NCBI GenBank assembly: GCA_003162415.1
Contig: PMOL01000005.1
Span: 53,726 to 117,725 of the forward strand
Reading direction: 5' to 3'
DNA length: 64,000 nt
DNA from: Candidatus Dormiibacterota bacterium
GTDB taxonomy: Bacteria > Chloroflexota > Dormibacteria > Aeolococcales > Aeolococcaceae
Shown: positions 54,600-64,000 of the stretch, in pieces
Layout: each line of letters opens with the position of its first letter
Numbering within the stretch: position 1 is the stretch's first letter
The notes under the pieces: generated by a model
Databases searched by the model: none
Seen by the model: the letters and a program-made list of their open reading frames with translations, nothing else
What the model was told of the DNA's origin: nothing
Translations under genes and position numbers: made by a program

Positions 54600-56522
54600 A
54601 TGAGCGTTCGCAGCATGCTAGTGCGAAGCACCGAGAGAAAGACTTGCGGTGTCACCCGGTGGACCGGCATCCTGGCAATCGCGGCGCTGGCGGTCGTCGC
54701 GTGCGGCTCGACGAGCACCTCCACAACCTCCTCGGGCGCGGCGCAGGGCAACGATCTGTTCAACCCGAGCGACTTCAACGCATCGCACATCTCGTGGCTG
54801 TCCGCGAACCAGAACGCGAGCGGCTCGCCGGTGATGGGGGGCACGCTGCAAATCGAGGGGAGTACAGACCTCTCGGCCGCTGCAGACCCTCAAGGGGAAT
54901 ACGAGACCATCGGCTTCACGCTCGAGCGCGCGTACGCCCGCCAGCTGCTGTCCTATCCGGCATCCACTGACCTCACCAAGGCGGAGAGCGTCGTCCCCGA
55001 CGCAGCGGCGACCATGCCCACGATCAGCTCCGATGGCTTGACGTACAGCTTCACGCTGCGATCGGGGCTGATGTGGAACACCGCGCCACCGCGGCCGGTG
55101 ACATCGCAGGACTTCGAGCGCGGCATCTTGCGCAACTGCGATCCGACGCTCGCGCCGAACGGCAACCCCGGTTACTACGTCTCCACGATTGCAGGCTTCA
55201 AGGCGTTTTGCACTGCATTCGAGAATCAGAGCCCGTCAGAGAGGCCCGCCGCTCGCGCGGCGACCATCAACGCCGGCATGACCAGCGTGTCCGGCATCAA
55301 GACGCCGGACAGCAACACCATTGTCTTCACTCTCACACAGCCGGCCACGGACTTCGACAACATCATCGCGTTGCCGTTCGCCTCGGCGGCACCTATTGAG
55401 TACCTCAAATACACGCCGCTCACCCCTGGCAACGTCCTGTACTCGGATGGTCCATACGCCATCACCACGTATAACGTCGGTCACGAGATCATCCTCACCC
55501 GGAACGCCGCGTGGACACAGGCCTCCGATTCGATCCGGCACCAGTACGTCGACACGATTGACGTCAAGCTCGACCTTGCCGGTTCGGCGGCCGCTACCGA
55601 GGTGCAGCAGGACCTGGCGGCAGGCACGGCGGACCTCGAGTGGAACACCAACGTCCCTCCCGCGGATATCCACGGTCTCGAATCTCCAAGCCGGAACCCG
55701 CAGCTCGGCGTCTTCCCCGCTCCGGGTACGACCAATCCGTACCTCGTCTTCAATGTCCAGAGCCCGAACAACGGCGGAGCGCTCGGCAACGTCAAGGTGA
55801 GGCAGGCGCTCGAGTACGCCATCGACAAGGTGGCCATCAACAAGATCTACGGTGGCGCGAGCCTTAACGAGCCGCTCAACCAGGTGATCGCCGCCGGGGC
55901 CGAGGGCTACGTTCCCTTCAATGACTACCCGACGCCGAACAATCAGGGCGACCCCGGGAAATGCAAGTCGCTGCTGAAGGCTGCCGGGTACCCGAATGGG
56001 GTCACGCTCAAGGACTACTACCGCAACAGCGGCAATCATCCGGCCGTGTTCCAGGAGGTCCAGGCCGACTTCGCGAGGTGCGGTGTCACGGTTGTCGGCA
56101 CTCCGATCGCAACCGGTTACTACGGCTCGTCGGGGATCGGCGTCACCTCGCCGAACGGCCTCAAGACGGGGAATTGGGATGTCACCGAGCCCGGCTGGGT
56201 CCCGGACTGGTTCGGACCGACCAACGGTCGCGCCACCCTTCCCGACATCCTCGACGGCGCGCTCAGCTTCCCCGGCTCTGACTGGGGTGGTTACGACGAT
56301 CCGACGGTGGACTCATTGGTGACGCAGGCCGAGTCATCGATGACGCTCTCCGCCGCCGCGGCGCTCTGGCACCAGGCCGACGAGCAGGTGATGAAGGACG
56401 CAGCATTCATCCCCTTCGAGACAACGCTGACACCACTCTTCCGGTCGGCGCGGGTCCATAACGCGATCTTCATCCCGTTCAGCGAGTACTACGACATCAC
56501 GCAGGTCTGGCTCTCGAAATGA
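54600..56522 (+). CDS. Peptide/nickel ABC transporter substrate-binding lipoprotein (family 5)
   Basis: VVAC lipobox, SSDGLTYSFTLR, VRQALEYAIDK; GGGAGG RBS. Confidence 0.92.
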   Translation: MSVRSMLVRSTERKTCGVTRWTGILAIAALAVVACGSTSTSTTSSGAAQGNDLFNPSDFNASHISWLSANQNASGSPVMGGTLQIEGSTDLSAAADPQGEYETIGFTLERAYARQLLSYPASTDLTKAESVVPDAAATMPTISSDGLTYSFTLRSGLMWNTAPPRPVTSQDFERGILRNCDPTLAPNGNPGYYVSTIAGFKAFCTAFENQSPSERPAARAATINAGMTSVSGIKTPDSNTIVFTLTQPATDFDNIIALPFASAAPIEYLKYTPLTPGNVLYSDGPYAITTYNVGHEIILTRNAAWTQASDSIRHQYVDTIDVKLDLAGSAAATEVQQDLAAGTADLEWNTNVPPADIHGLESPSRNPQLGVFPAPGTTNPYLVFNVQSPNNGGALGNVKVRQALEYAIDKVAINKIYGGASLNEPLNQVIAAGAEGYVPFNDYPTPNNQGDPGKCKSLLKAAGYPNGVTLKDYYRNSGNHPAVFQEVQADFARCGVTVVGTPIATGYYGSSGIGVTSPNGLKTGNWDVTEPGWVPDWFGPTNGRATLPDILDGALSFPGSDWGGYDDPTVDSLVTQAESSMTLSAAAALWHQADEQVMKDAAFIPFETTLTPLFRSARVHNAIFIPFSEYYDITQVWLSK

Positions 56523-57496
56523 GCCTGTCGGCGATTGACGTCGCCTCCCCCGAGTCCCCGCTCGAGGAACGCGCGGCCGGCGGGATCGAAGCGCGCAGCC
56601 CACTGCGGCTCGTCCTCGCGCGGCTGCGCACCGACCGCGTGGCGATTGCGTCGGTCGTGGTGATCCTGCTCATCGTGGCCCTCGCGATCGCGGCTCCGTT
56701 GATCGCGGGCATCACCGGGCACGGTCCCACCGACACCAACGTCGATGGCGGCACGGACGCGAACGGCCAGCCACTGCCGCCGGGCAGTGCGGGCTACCTG
56801 TTGGGCACGGACAACCTCGGCCGCGACATCCTCGTGCGGATTGCGTACGGGGCGCGCATCTCGCTGCTGGTCGGCGTGCTCGCAACTGCGATCGCGGCGG
56901 TCGTCGGCGTCGTGATCGGTCTGGTCGCCGGGTATTTCGGTGGCTGGCTCGACAGCATCCTCGCCCGCGTCATGGACGTGGTGCTCTCGTTTCCGTACGT
57001 GCTGTTCGCCATCGTTCTGGTCTCCGTCTTCGGCCCCAGCCTCCCACTGACGATCCTGGTCATCGCCTTCTTCTCGTTCGCGGCCATCGGGAGGATCGTT
57101 CGTGGCCAGGCGCTGTCGCAGCGTGAGAAGGAGTACGTGGAGGCCGCGCACTCACTGGGCGCCGGCAACCTGCGCATCATGTTCGTGGACATCCTTCCCA
57201 ACCTGGTGGCACCGGTCATCGTGCTTGCCACGCTGCTCATTCCAGCGGCGATCATCTTCGAGGCGACGCTGTCATTCCTCGGTCTCGGCGTCGTGCCACC
57301 AACCCCCTCGTGGGGGAACATGCTGTCCGATGCGGAGGGCGTCGGTTTCCAGGCGTGGTGGTTCTACATCTTCCCAATGCTCTTCCTGCTGGCCACGACA
57401 CTCGCGTTCAACCTGCTCGGCGACGCGATACGTGACGCACTGGATCCACGAACCGAGCGCATCTTCGCCGGCCGTCGGAAGAAGAAGAACGCATGA
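56519..57496 (+). CDS. ABC permease (DppC/OppC)
   Basis: LGTDNLGRD, EYVEAA..LG, LSFLGLG, PSWG.ML. Confidence 0.94.
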   Translation: MSLSAIDVASPESPLEERAAGGIEARSPLRLVLARLRTDRVAIASVVVILLIVALAIAAPLIAGITGHGPTDTNVDGGTDANGQPLPPGSAGYLLGTDNLGRDILVRIAYGARISLLVGVLATAIAAVVGVVIGLVAGYFGGWLDSILARVMDVVLSFPYVLFAIVLVSVFGPSLPLTILVIAFFSFAAIGRIVRGQALSQREKEYVEAAHSLGAGNLRIMFVDILPNLVAPVIVLATLLIPAAIIFEATLSFLGLGVVPPTPSWGNMLSDAEGVGFQAWWFYIFPMLFLLATTLAFNLLGDAIRDALDPRTERIFAGRRKKKNA

Positions 57497-58470
57497 TCCG
57501 CTTCCTCATCCGTCGGATCATCCTGGGCTTGATCACGCTGTGGGTGATCATCACGTTGGTGTTCATTCTGTACTACGCGCGCCCGGGTGTCGACCCGGCA
57601 CGAGAGCTCGCCGGACGCGCGGTGACGCCGGCGCTGCTCGCCAATATCAACAAGGAGTACGGGTTCGATCAACCGGTGATCATCCAGTACTGGCATTACC
57701 TCGAGCGCCTGATACCGATTCCCGGGCACTTCAACCTGGGCACGTCGAACACCAACCGGCTGCCGGTGACCACGATCATCGCGCAGGCCGTGCCGATCGA
57801 TCTCTCGCTTGCCGCGGGAGCAGCGATCCTCTGGACAGTGCTCGGGATCGGTGTTGGTGTGCTCGCTGCACGACGGCCACGAAGCCTCATGGACCGGGGC
57901 GCGACGGTGTTTGTCCTCACCGGAGTCTCCATGCCCGTCTTTATCCTCGGCCTGCTGCTTCTCTATGTCCTGTACTACCTGCTGACGATTCACGGCATTG
58001 CGATCTTTCCGAAACCGGGCAGCTGGACTCCGATCACCACGAATCCGCTGGAGTGGGCACACGACCTGATCCTGCCGTGGATCACGGTCGCCCTCGTCAT
58101 TGCCGCGACCTACTCGCGGCTCACGCGGAGCTCGCTGCTCGAGACCCTGGGAGAGGACTACATCAGGACGGCCCGCGCCAAGGGGTTGAGCGAACGCCGC
58201 GTCGTCTATCGCCACGCCTTGCGCAGCTCGCTCACACCCATCGTGACCCAATTCGGCATCGACCTCGCGGGCGTGATGGGGGGCGCAATCGTCACCGAAA
58301 GTATCTTCGGGTTGCCCGGACTTGGACTCGCAGTGGTTCAGGCCATCCAGGTCCAGAACCTTCCCGTTGTGATCGGGATCGTCCTCGTCTCGGCCTTCTT
58401 TGTGGTGGCTGCGAATATCGTCGTCGATGCCTTGTACGCGGTCCTCGATCCGCGTGTGCGGGTCAGCTAA
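57493..58470 (+). CDS. ABC permease (DppB/OppB)
   Basis: DYIRTARAKGL, HALR, E.IF..PGLG, LDPRVR. Confidence 0.94.
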   Translation: MIRFLIRRIILGLITLWVIITLVFILYYARPGVDPARELAGRAVTPALLANINKEYGFDQPVIIQYWHYLERLIPIPGHFNLGTSNTNRLPVTTIIAQAVPIDLSLAAGAAILWTVLGIGVGVLAARRPRSLMDRGATVFVLTGVSMPVFILGLLLLYVLYYLLTIHGIAIFPKPGSWTPITTNPLEWAHDLILPWITVALVIAATYSRLTRSSLLETLGEDYIRTARAKGLSERRVVYRHALRSSLTPIVTQFGIDLAGVMGGAIVTESIFGLPGLGLAVVQAIQVQNLPVVIGIVLVSAFFVVAANIVVDALYAVLDPRVRVS

Positions 58471-58489
58471 GGCCTGCTCCGAACGCCCG

Positions 58490-58966
58490 CTACCTCGCCC
58501 GCCTCTTCGCCGCGGCTTTGGACCGCGAAATCTCCGCCTGATAACGGGCCAGTTCGGCGTCGAAGCCTTCCAACCCGAATCCCTCACAACGCGATCGCGC
58601 ATCTCGGAGCGTGAGCACTCCGATCGCGACGTTACGAGCCAGTTTCCTGCCGTCAGCTGCTTCGTGCTCCTTGCTGTCCGCGGCCAGAGCGGCGAGGGGT
58701 TGACTGAGGGGGGATCGTCCCTGTGCCTTCCGCTCCGTCTCGACGGCGTGCACGGCCGGCCCCACCAATTCCACAAAGTAGGAGGCTCGGTCGTCGCTGA
58801 CATGGAGCTCGAGTTTCACGCCTTGCGCATGCAGGAACGTGAGGTCCGCGAGTGTGTCTGGGAAGTGGTCAGCTGCGATCTCCAGCAGCCGGCGCCACGG
58901 GCGCGCCGATGACTCATACCGGACGATGGTGTTGACCAGTCTCACGATGCGTTCAGTATCCTGCAC
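58490..58966 (-). CDS. Hypothetical protein
   Basis: 158-aa ORF; no motif recognised, may be 5' truncated. Confidence 0.45.
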   Translation of the reverse strand: MQDTERIVRLVNTIVRYESSARPWRRLLEIAADHFPDTLADLTFLHAQGVKLELHVSDDRASYFVELVGPAVHAVETERKAQGRSPLSQPLAALAADSKEHEAADGRKLARNVAIGVLTLRDARSRCEGFGLEGFDAELARYQAEISRSKAAAKRRAR

Positions 58967-59146
58967 CGGCGGGTCTCTTTAGCCAGCGCCATCACCGGCC
59001 GCAGTGCGGCGTCGTATCCCGCATCCTCGGCGCGTTGGTGTGCGCGCCGGTCGCGTTCGCATTCGCGAACGCAGGGCCAGTGCCCATGTACTTGACCGGC
59101 TTGTCCATCGCCGAAGGGTACTGGCGCGTCTCAGCCGGCGTATCGC

Positions 59147-59776
59147 CTATCCGTAGGTGGGATGTTGCGGCCACCCGGGCGGCGAATCTTCCCAGTCCTC
59201 CTGGCGCCCGTACGGAGCAAGGTCGAGGATGTTGTTGACGAACAGCAGCCGGTCCACCCCGCGGGCTGTGGTGCTGTAGGTTCGGTAGACCTCTTCGCCA
59301 TCGCGAAGGAACACGCTGAGCATGAAGCCGTCATCGGCGCCGCAGTCGTTCGCGAAACTCGTGCCGTGGGAGGAAACGAACGGTAGGGTCCAGCGCTTCC
59401 GATCCGCGTAAGCCTGAATCTGCGCGAGCGGCATGTTGGACACGGTCGCCCACGCAACGCCATTGGCGGCCAGCGTGGGCAGGGCGGCTACGTTGTTGGT
59501 GAAATGGGTGCAGCCCGGGCAGTACTCATCGGGCCCGCGGTCCATGAACTGGTAGACGATCAACTGCTGTTGCGCAGCGAAGAGGTCGAGCAGGCGCTTC
59601 GGGCCGTCGGGAGTGTCGAACATGTACCTGGCGTTGTCGAACCTGACCATCGGCAGGCGACGGCGACGCGCGGCGATGGCGTCGAGGGAGCGCGTGGCCT
59701 CCTTCTCCGCCGTGAGCAACCCGTCGCGCTCCTCCTGCCACTTCTCGGCAGAAACGATCTCCGGCATGCTGGGCAC
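59147..59776 (-). CDS. DUF899 thioredoxin-like protein
   Basis: AARRRRLPMV, LLDLF....QL.VY.FM, CPGC, LDLAPYGRQE.WEDSP.GWPQ; AAGGAGG RBS. Confidence 0.9.
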   Translation of the reverse strand: MPSMPEIVSAEKWQEERDGLLTAEKEATRSLDAIAARRRRLPMVRFDNARYMFDTPDGPKRLLDLFAAQQQLIVYQFMDRGPDEYCPGCTHFTNNVAALPTLAANGVAWATVSNMPLAQIQAYADRKRWTLPFVSSHGTSFANDCGADDGFMLSVFLRDGEEVYRTYSTTARGVDRLLFVNNILDLAPYGRQEDWEDSPPGWPQHPTYG

Positions 59777-60004
59777 GGCAACCTCCTTATCAGGCGCGTC
59801 GATCCGTGGAAACGACAAGCCTTCCGCGGCTGTCGGTGGTCCCGAAGGCACCTTACTGCGGTGGGACGGGAAAGCAGTTCAGGATTTCAGGCGCCCGTGA
59901 GTGAGCATCTGCCCACGTGCTTGTCATTTGCTCACCTTGCCGCTACTCTGGCTTCTCGAGATCGAGTTATGGGAGATTTGATGTCCGAGCTTGGCGGCCA
60001 GTAG

Positions 60005-60925
60005 ATGCCGCTCGTCCCGCTGCAGCGAATCCTGGGGAAGGCCCGGTCTGACGGTTACGCCGTCGGGTACTTCGAGGCGTGGGACGCGTGCTCGCTCGAG
60101 GCGGTGCTCACCGCCGCCGAGGAGGAGGCCGCACCGGTGGTTCTCGGTTTCGGCGCAATGATGGTGGACGGGACTTGGCTTGACGGCGGCGGTATCGAGG
60201 TCCTCGGCGCGATCGGACGCAGCTACGCGGAGAAAAGTGCCGTTGACGTCGCCCTACTGTTCAACGAGGCCCACAGCCTCGAGCAGGCCAGGCATGGCAT
60301 CGACGCGGGCTTCAACGCGGTGATGATCGACACGCATTCCTGGCAAACGGACGACGCCATCGTCGCGGTGAAGGAGCTCTGCCGGGTGGCGCACCAGTCG
60401 GGCGTGGCCGTTGAGGGCGAGCTCGGCAGTCCGGCGGAAGCCACGGCGTCAGGCGTGGATCACAGCCACGCCAGTCTCACCGATCCGGACGAAGCAGCGC
60501 GCTTCGTCGAGAGGACCGCTGTCGACTGTCTGGCAGTTTCGGTCGGGAATGTCCACATCATGATGGACCGGGAAGCGTCCATCGACATGGAGCGGCTGCG
60601 ATCGATCCACCAGCGCGTCGACGTGCCCCTGGTCATCCACGGCGGGACGAGCTTCCCGCCGGCTGCGGTGGTGCAGGCGATCGCGCTCGGGGTCGCCAAG
60701 TTCAATGTCGGTACCGTCCTCAAGCACGCCTTCTGGGACGGCCTCGAATCGTCTGTCCGCTCGGTTGGTACGAACCCGGAGGTGCACCAGCTTCTCGGCT
60801 CCCATAAGGAGTCCGATGTGATGGGCGTCGCACAGCAACGGATGACTACCAAGGTTCGCTCACTCATACGGCAGTACGGGGGAAGCGGGCGCCATGTGGT
60901 CGCGGCGGAGCTGAGCGCCCGATGA
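60005..60925 (+). CDS. Class II fructose/tagatose-bisphosphate aldolase family (variant)
   Basis: GFNAVMID, VEGELG, TDP..A..FV..T.VD.LAVS.GNVH, LVIHGG. Confidence 0.88.
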   Translation: MPLVPLQRILGKARSDGYAVGYFEAWDACSLEAVLTAAEEEAAPVVLGFGAMMVDGTWLDGGGIEVLGAIGRSYAEKSAVDVALLFNEAHSLEQARHGIDAGFNAVMIDTHSWQTDDAIVAVKELCRVAHQSGVAVEGELGSPAEATASGVDHSHASLTDPDEAARFVERTAVDCLAVSVGNVHIMMDREASIDMERLRSIHQRVDVPLVIHGGTSFPPAAVVQAIALGVAKFNVGTVLKHAFWDGLESSVRSVGTNPEVHQLLGSHKESDVMGVAQQRMTTKVRSLIRQYGGSGRHVVAAELSAR

Positions 60926-61956
60926 GCGACGGCGCACGCGCTGGTAGGGCGGAGCTAGATTCGGCCCAGCTCACGGCCGACGTCGACGCGACCCACGAGC
61001 TCGACCTCTATCGCCGGATGCAATTGATCCGGCGCTTCGAAGAGCGGGTCTATCTTCTGTACCTGCAGGGCGAGATCCCGGGGACGCTGCACCAGTCCCA
61101 GGGCCAGGAGGCGGTTGCGGTCGGCGTCTGCGACGTGCTTCGACGGACGGACTGGATCACCTCGACGCATCGACCACACGGTCACGCACTGGCAAAGGGC
61201 GTCGACCTTCGCGCGGCGATGGCTGAGCTCTTTGGCAAGGCGACCGGCTGCTGCGGCGGCAAGGGCGGCTCGATGCATCTCGGCGACCCGTCGGTCGGCA
61301 TGCTCCCGGCGATCGCGATCGTCGGGGGAGGCAACACGGTGGTCACCGGTCTTGGACTGGCATTCAAGCTGACGCGCACGGACCAGGTGGCCGTGTGCTT
61401 CTTTGGTGAGGGCGCGAGCAACGAAGGTGCATTTCACGAGGGTCTGAACTTCGCAGCGGTCCAACATCTCCCGATCGTGTTCGCCTGCGAGAACAATCTA
61501 TACGGCGCGTCCACGCCATTCCACCAAGTGAGCCTCGTTCCAGATGTCGCGAGCCGCGCTGGGGCGTACGGCGTGCGGGGGGAAATCGTTGACGGGATGG
61601 ACGTGCTCGCCGTGCGCGAGTCAGCGGGACGCGCAGTGGTGGAGGCGCGCGCAGGAGTCGGCCCGGTCCTTCTCGAGTGCAAGACCTATCGATTCGCCGG
61701 CCACAGCCGCGGTGACGTCAAGGGCTATCGCAGCCGCGAGGAGGAGGCTGAGTGGACGGCGCGCGATCCGATCGTTCGTCTCCGCGAACGCCTCGCGGTG
61801 ACCCTGGACGAAAGAGTCCTCGATGCGACGGACGCGCAGGTCGAAGCGGCGCTGGATGACGCCATCGAGTTCGCGCGACAGTCGCCGCTCCCGCGAGCCG
61901 AAGACGCGTTGACCGGCGCGTACGCGACCGTGATCGGCATGGAGTCAACGTCGTGA
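60922..61956 (+). CDS. TPP-dependent 2-oxoacid/acetoin dehydrogenase E1 alpha
   Basis: GQEA, HRPHGH, GKGGSMH, GEGASNEG..ENN, YRFAGHS. Confidence 0.93.
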   Translation: MSDGARAGRAELDSAQLTADVDATHELDLYRRMQLIRRFEERVYLLYLQGEIPGTLHQSQGQEAVAVGVCDVLRRTDWITSTHRPHGHALAKGVDLRAAMAELFGKATGCCGGKGGSMHLGDPSVGMLPAIAIVGGGNTVVTGLGLAFKLTRTDQVAVCFFGEGASNEGAFHEGLNFAAVQHLPIVFACENNLYGASTPFHQVSLVPDVASRAGAYGVRGEIVDGMDVLAVRESAGRAVVEARAGVGPVLLECKTYRFAGHSRGDVKGYRSREEEAEWTARDPIVRLRERLAVTLDERVLDATDAQVEAALDDAIEFARQSPLPRAEDALTGAYATVIGMESTS

Positions 61957-62999
61957 CCGCGTCTGCCGCGTCCGCCGTGGGCGAACGCCGGCTCACGATT
62001 GCCGAGGCGTTGCGCGAGGCAATCGCCGAGGAGATGCGCCACGACGAGAAGGTCTTTCTGATCGGTGAAGACATCGGCGTCCCCGGAGGGTTCGGAGGTG
62101 CGTTTGGTGTCTATCTCGGCCTGACCGAGGCATTCGGTCATGAGCGCATCATCGACACCCCGATCAGTGAGAAGGCGCTTGCCGGTGCCGCGGTCGGCGC
62201 TGCGCTGATGGGGATGCGACCGATCGCGGACCTGCAGTACGCCGACTTCCTCTTCGAGTGCATGGACGAGCTGGTCAACCAGGCAGCGAAGATGCGGTAC
62301 ATGTCGAACGGGCAGTTGAGCGTCCCGATGGTCCTGCGCTGTCCGGTCGGCACGGCAAACCGAGGAGCGCAACACGGTCAGTGCCCGGAGAGCTACTTCG
62401 TGCACGTGCCCGGCCTTAAAGTCGTCTGCGTTTCCGACGCATATCACGCGAAGGGTCTGCTGAAGAGCGCGGTGCGCGACGATGACCCCGTGCTCTTCTT
62501 CGAGCACAAGTTGCTCTACGGCAGCAAAGGGCGCGAACAGGCCGGCGGCATGGATCTGACCGCGCACGTGCCCGAGGAGGAGTACTTCTTTCCCATCGGC
62601 AAAGCGGTGGTGAAGCGCGAGGGCACGTCGGTCAGCGTGGTGGCAACGCACATGAGCCTCTACCGTTCGCTCGCGGTCGCCGAGGAACTCGCCCAGGACG
62701 GCATCGAATGCGAGGTGATCGATCCCCTGACGTTGCTCCCCTTCGACGAGGAGACTATCTTCACGTCAGTCAGGAAGACCGGCCGTCTGGTGATTGCCCA
62801 CGAGGACACCCTGACCGGAGGCTGGGGAGCCGAACTCGCCGCCAGGGTCGCTGAGGAGTGCCTTTTCTCGCTGGAAGCGCCGATCAGGCGGGTAGCAAGC
62901 CATGACGTCCCACTGCCGGTCGCGCCGGTGATGGAGCAGGCCGTGGTGCCGTCGCAGGCGCGGATCAAGGCAGCGATCCAAAGTTGCTGCGAAGGCTGA
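61953..62999 (+). CDS. 2-oxoacid/acetoin dehydrogenase E1 beta
   Basis: GEDIG, DTPISE, NQAAK, FEHK.LY, KTGRL. Confidence 0.93.
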   Translation: MTASAASAVGERRLTIAEALREAIAEEMRHDEKVFLIGEDIGVPGGFGGAFGVYLGLTEAFGHERIIDTPISEKALAGAAVGAALMGMRPIADLQYADFLFECMDELVNQAAKMRYMSNGQLSVPMVLRCPVGTANRGAQHGQCPESYFVHVPGLKVVCVSDAYHAKGLLKSAVRDDDPVLFFEHKLLYGSKGREQAGGMDLTAHVPEEEYFFPIGKAVVKREGTSVSVVATHMSLYRSLAVAEELAQDGIECEVIDPLTLLPFDEETIFTSVRKTGRLVIAHEDTLTGGWGAELAARVAEECLFSLEAPIRRVASHDVPLPVAPVMEQAVVPSQARIKAAIQSCCEG

Positions 63000-63007
63000 C
63001 CAGAACT

Positions 63008-63547
63008 ATGGCGCACCGGATCGACATGCCATCGGTAGGTCAGACGACGGACGAGCTGGTGATCGTCGAATGGTTGAAGAAGGAAGGCGACCCGGTTGCG
63101 TTGGGAGAGTCGCTCTTCAGTGTGCAGACCGACAAGGCGCAGGTCGAGGTTGAGTCGGTCGCCGCCGGGACGCTGCTGAAGGTCCTCCGCGATGCTGGAG
63201 ACACTGTGCAAGCAGGTTCGCCGGTGGCATACATCGGCACTGCGGGCGAGGCGGTCCCGGACGGCAGCGACGCTGGTTCTGCCGACATTGCGACCTCCAT
63301 CGCGGTCAGCGAGATCCCGGCGCCCACGCCCGCCCCGCGCGCGGGACCCGAGCGCCGCTCGCCAGAAAGAGCACCAGGCAGAGTTGCGGCACTGCCGGCC
63401 GCGCGGCGGTTGGCGAGCGCGCTTGGCATTGATCTGACCACTCTGGCGGGCACCGGCCAGGACGGTGTCATCACCGTTGGCGACGTCGAGCGTGCCGGGC
63501 AGGAATCGTCGGTTCTCGCGGACGATCTCGAGAGTGGGGCAACGTGA
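63008..63547 (+). CDS. Lipoyl + E3-binding domain protein lacking acyltransferase domain
   Basis: TDKA lipoyl-Lys; PAARRLA...GIDL..L.GTG.DG.IT..DV; stop soon after. Confidence 0.85.
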   Translation: MAHRIDMPSVGQTTDELVIVEWLKKEGDPVALGESLFSVQTDKAQVEVESVAAGTLLKVLRDAGDTVQAGSPVAYIGTAGEAVPDGSDAGSADIATSIAVSEIPAPTPAPRAGPERRSPERAPGRVAALPAARRLASALGIDLTTLAGTGQDGVITVGDVERAGQESSVLADDLESGAT

Positions 63548-63548
63548 G

Positions 63549-64000
63549 GTGACCATCACCGCGCCGTCGCGGGTAAGCAGTCGCTGGGACGACGAGCAAG
63601 CAGCCGCGTGTAAGACCGAGTTGGATCTCCGTGCCTACACGTCGCGCCTGTTGGGGCAGGACCCTAGATTGGTCCTCCACGGCGGTGGCAACACGTCGGT
63701 GAAGCGCACCGAGACCAATATCTTTGGTGAGGCGGAGGACATCCTCTGGGTCAAGGGCAGTGGCTGGGACCTGGCCACCATCGAGCCGGCCGGTTTCGCG
63801 CCGGTTCGGATGCAGCAGCTGCTGCATCTCGCCGAACTCACCGCACTCTCCGACGTGGACATGGCTCGGGAGCTCCGCATCGGCACCATCGACCCTGCCG
63901 CGCCGGCTCCATCGGTCGAAGCGATGCTCCACGCCATCGTCCCGTTCAAGTACGTCGACCACACGCACGCGGACGCGGTCCTCACGCTCACCAACTCGTT
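63549..64000 (+). CDS. Class II aldolase N-terminus (bifunctional rhamnulose-1-P aldolase/SDR-like), 3' truncated
   Basis: SRLLG.DP.LVLHGGGNTSVK, VKGSGWDL, PSVE..LH, VDHTHAD; hand-translated from GTG 63549. Confidence 0.88.
   Translation, partial: MTITAPSRVSSRWDDEQAAACKTELDLRAYTSRLLGQDPRLVLHGGGNTSVKRTETNIFGEAEDILWVKGSGWDLATIEPAGFAPVRMQQLLHLAELTALSDVDMARELRIGTIDPAAPAPSVEAMLHAIVPFKYVDHTHADAVLTLTNS

Noticed and set aside
58992-59108. Short ORF MDKPVKYMGTGPAF... upstream of 58490-58966
   Set aside because: No RBS or recognisable motif; could be a frameshifted 5' part but unsupported

Overview
High-GC bacterial chromosome segment. Gene content and many leaderless TANNNT-N7-9-start promoters suggest a soil Terrabacteria lineage (Ca. 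Dormibacterota/Chloroflexota/Actinomycetota-like; inference only). 1-15.4 kb: core-like genes (recJ end, cbiA/cobB-like, AAA+/vWA pair, B12-binding MCM subunit, rplY, mscS, MerR, corA). 15.4-25.3 kb: accessory signalling/stress patch (queC, receiver, aquaporin, XRE-MEDS, PAS-LuxR, GGDEF/EAL, Crp, CADD-like, ArsR/SRPBCC). 25.4-38 kb: class II RNR nrdJ with NrdR boxes, an orphan VirB4-like ATPase plus a PrgI-MinD fusion, ALDH, otsA. At tRNA-Gln(CTG) a 7.1-kb tyrosine-integrase island is bounded by a 24-bp direct repeat. It is followed by yceI/LAL-regulator modules, a MocR regulator, an ATPase-less peptide ABC operon and a sugar/2-oxoacid catabolic operon that runs off the end. Most notable signals: (i) an in-frame palindrome inside the vWA gene, near the centre of a strand-asymmetric compositional footprint, with a second footprint at attR; (ii) the two-gene PrgI-MinD/VirB4 module; (iii) a rod-shaped 6S/Ms1-like RNA candidate before corA; (iv) a leaderless Cys-rich micro-ORF ahead of MerR; (v) a MOBQ-oriT-like hairpin cluster in a relaxase-less island; (vi) orphan 3'-end gene relics. 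All calls are by-eye motif recognition; no database searches were run.
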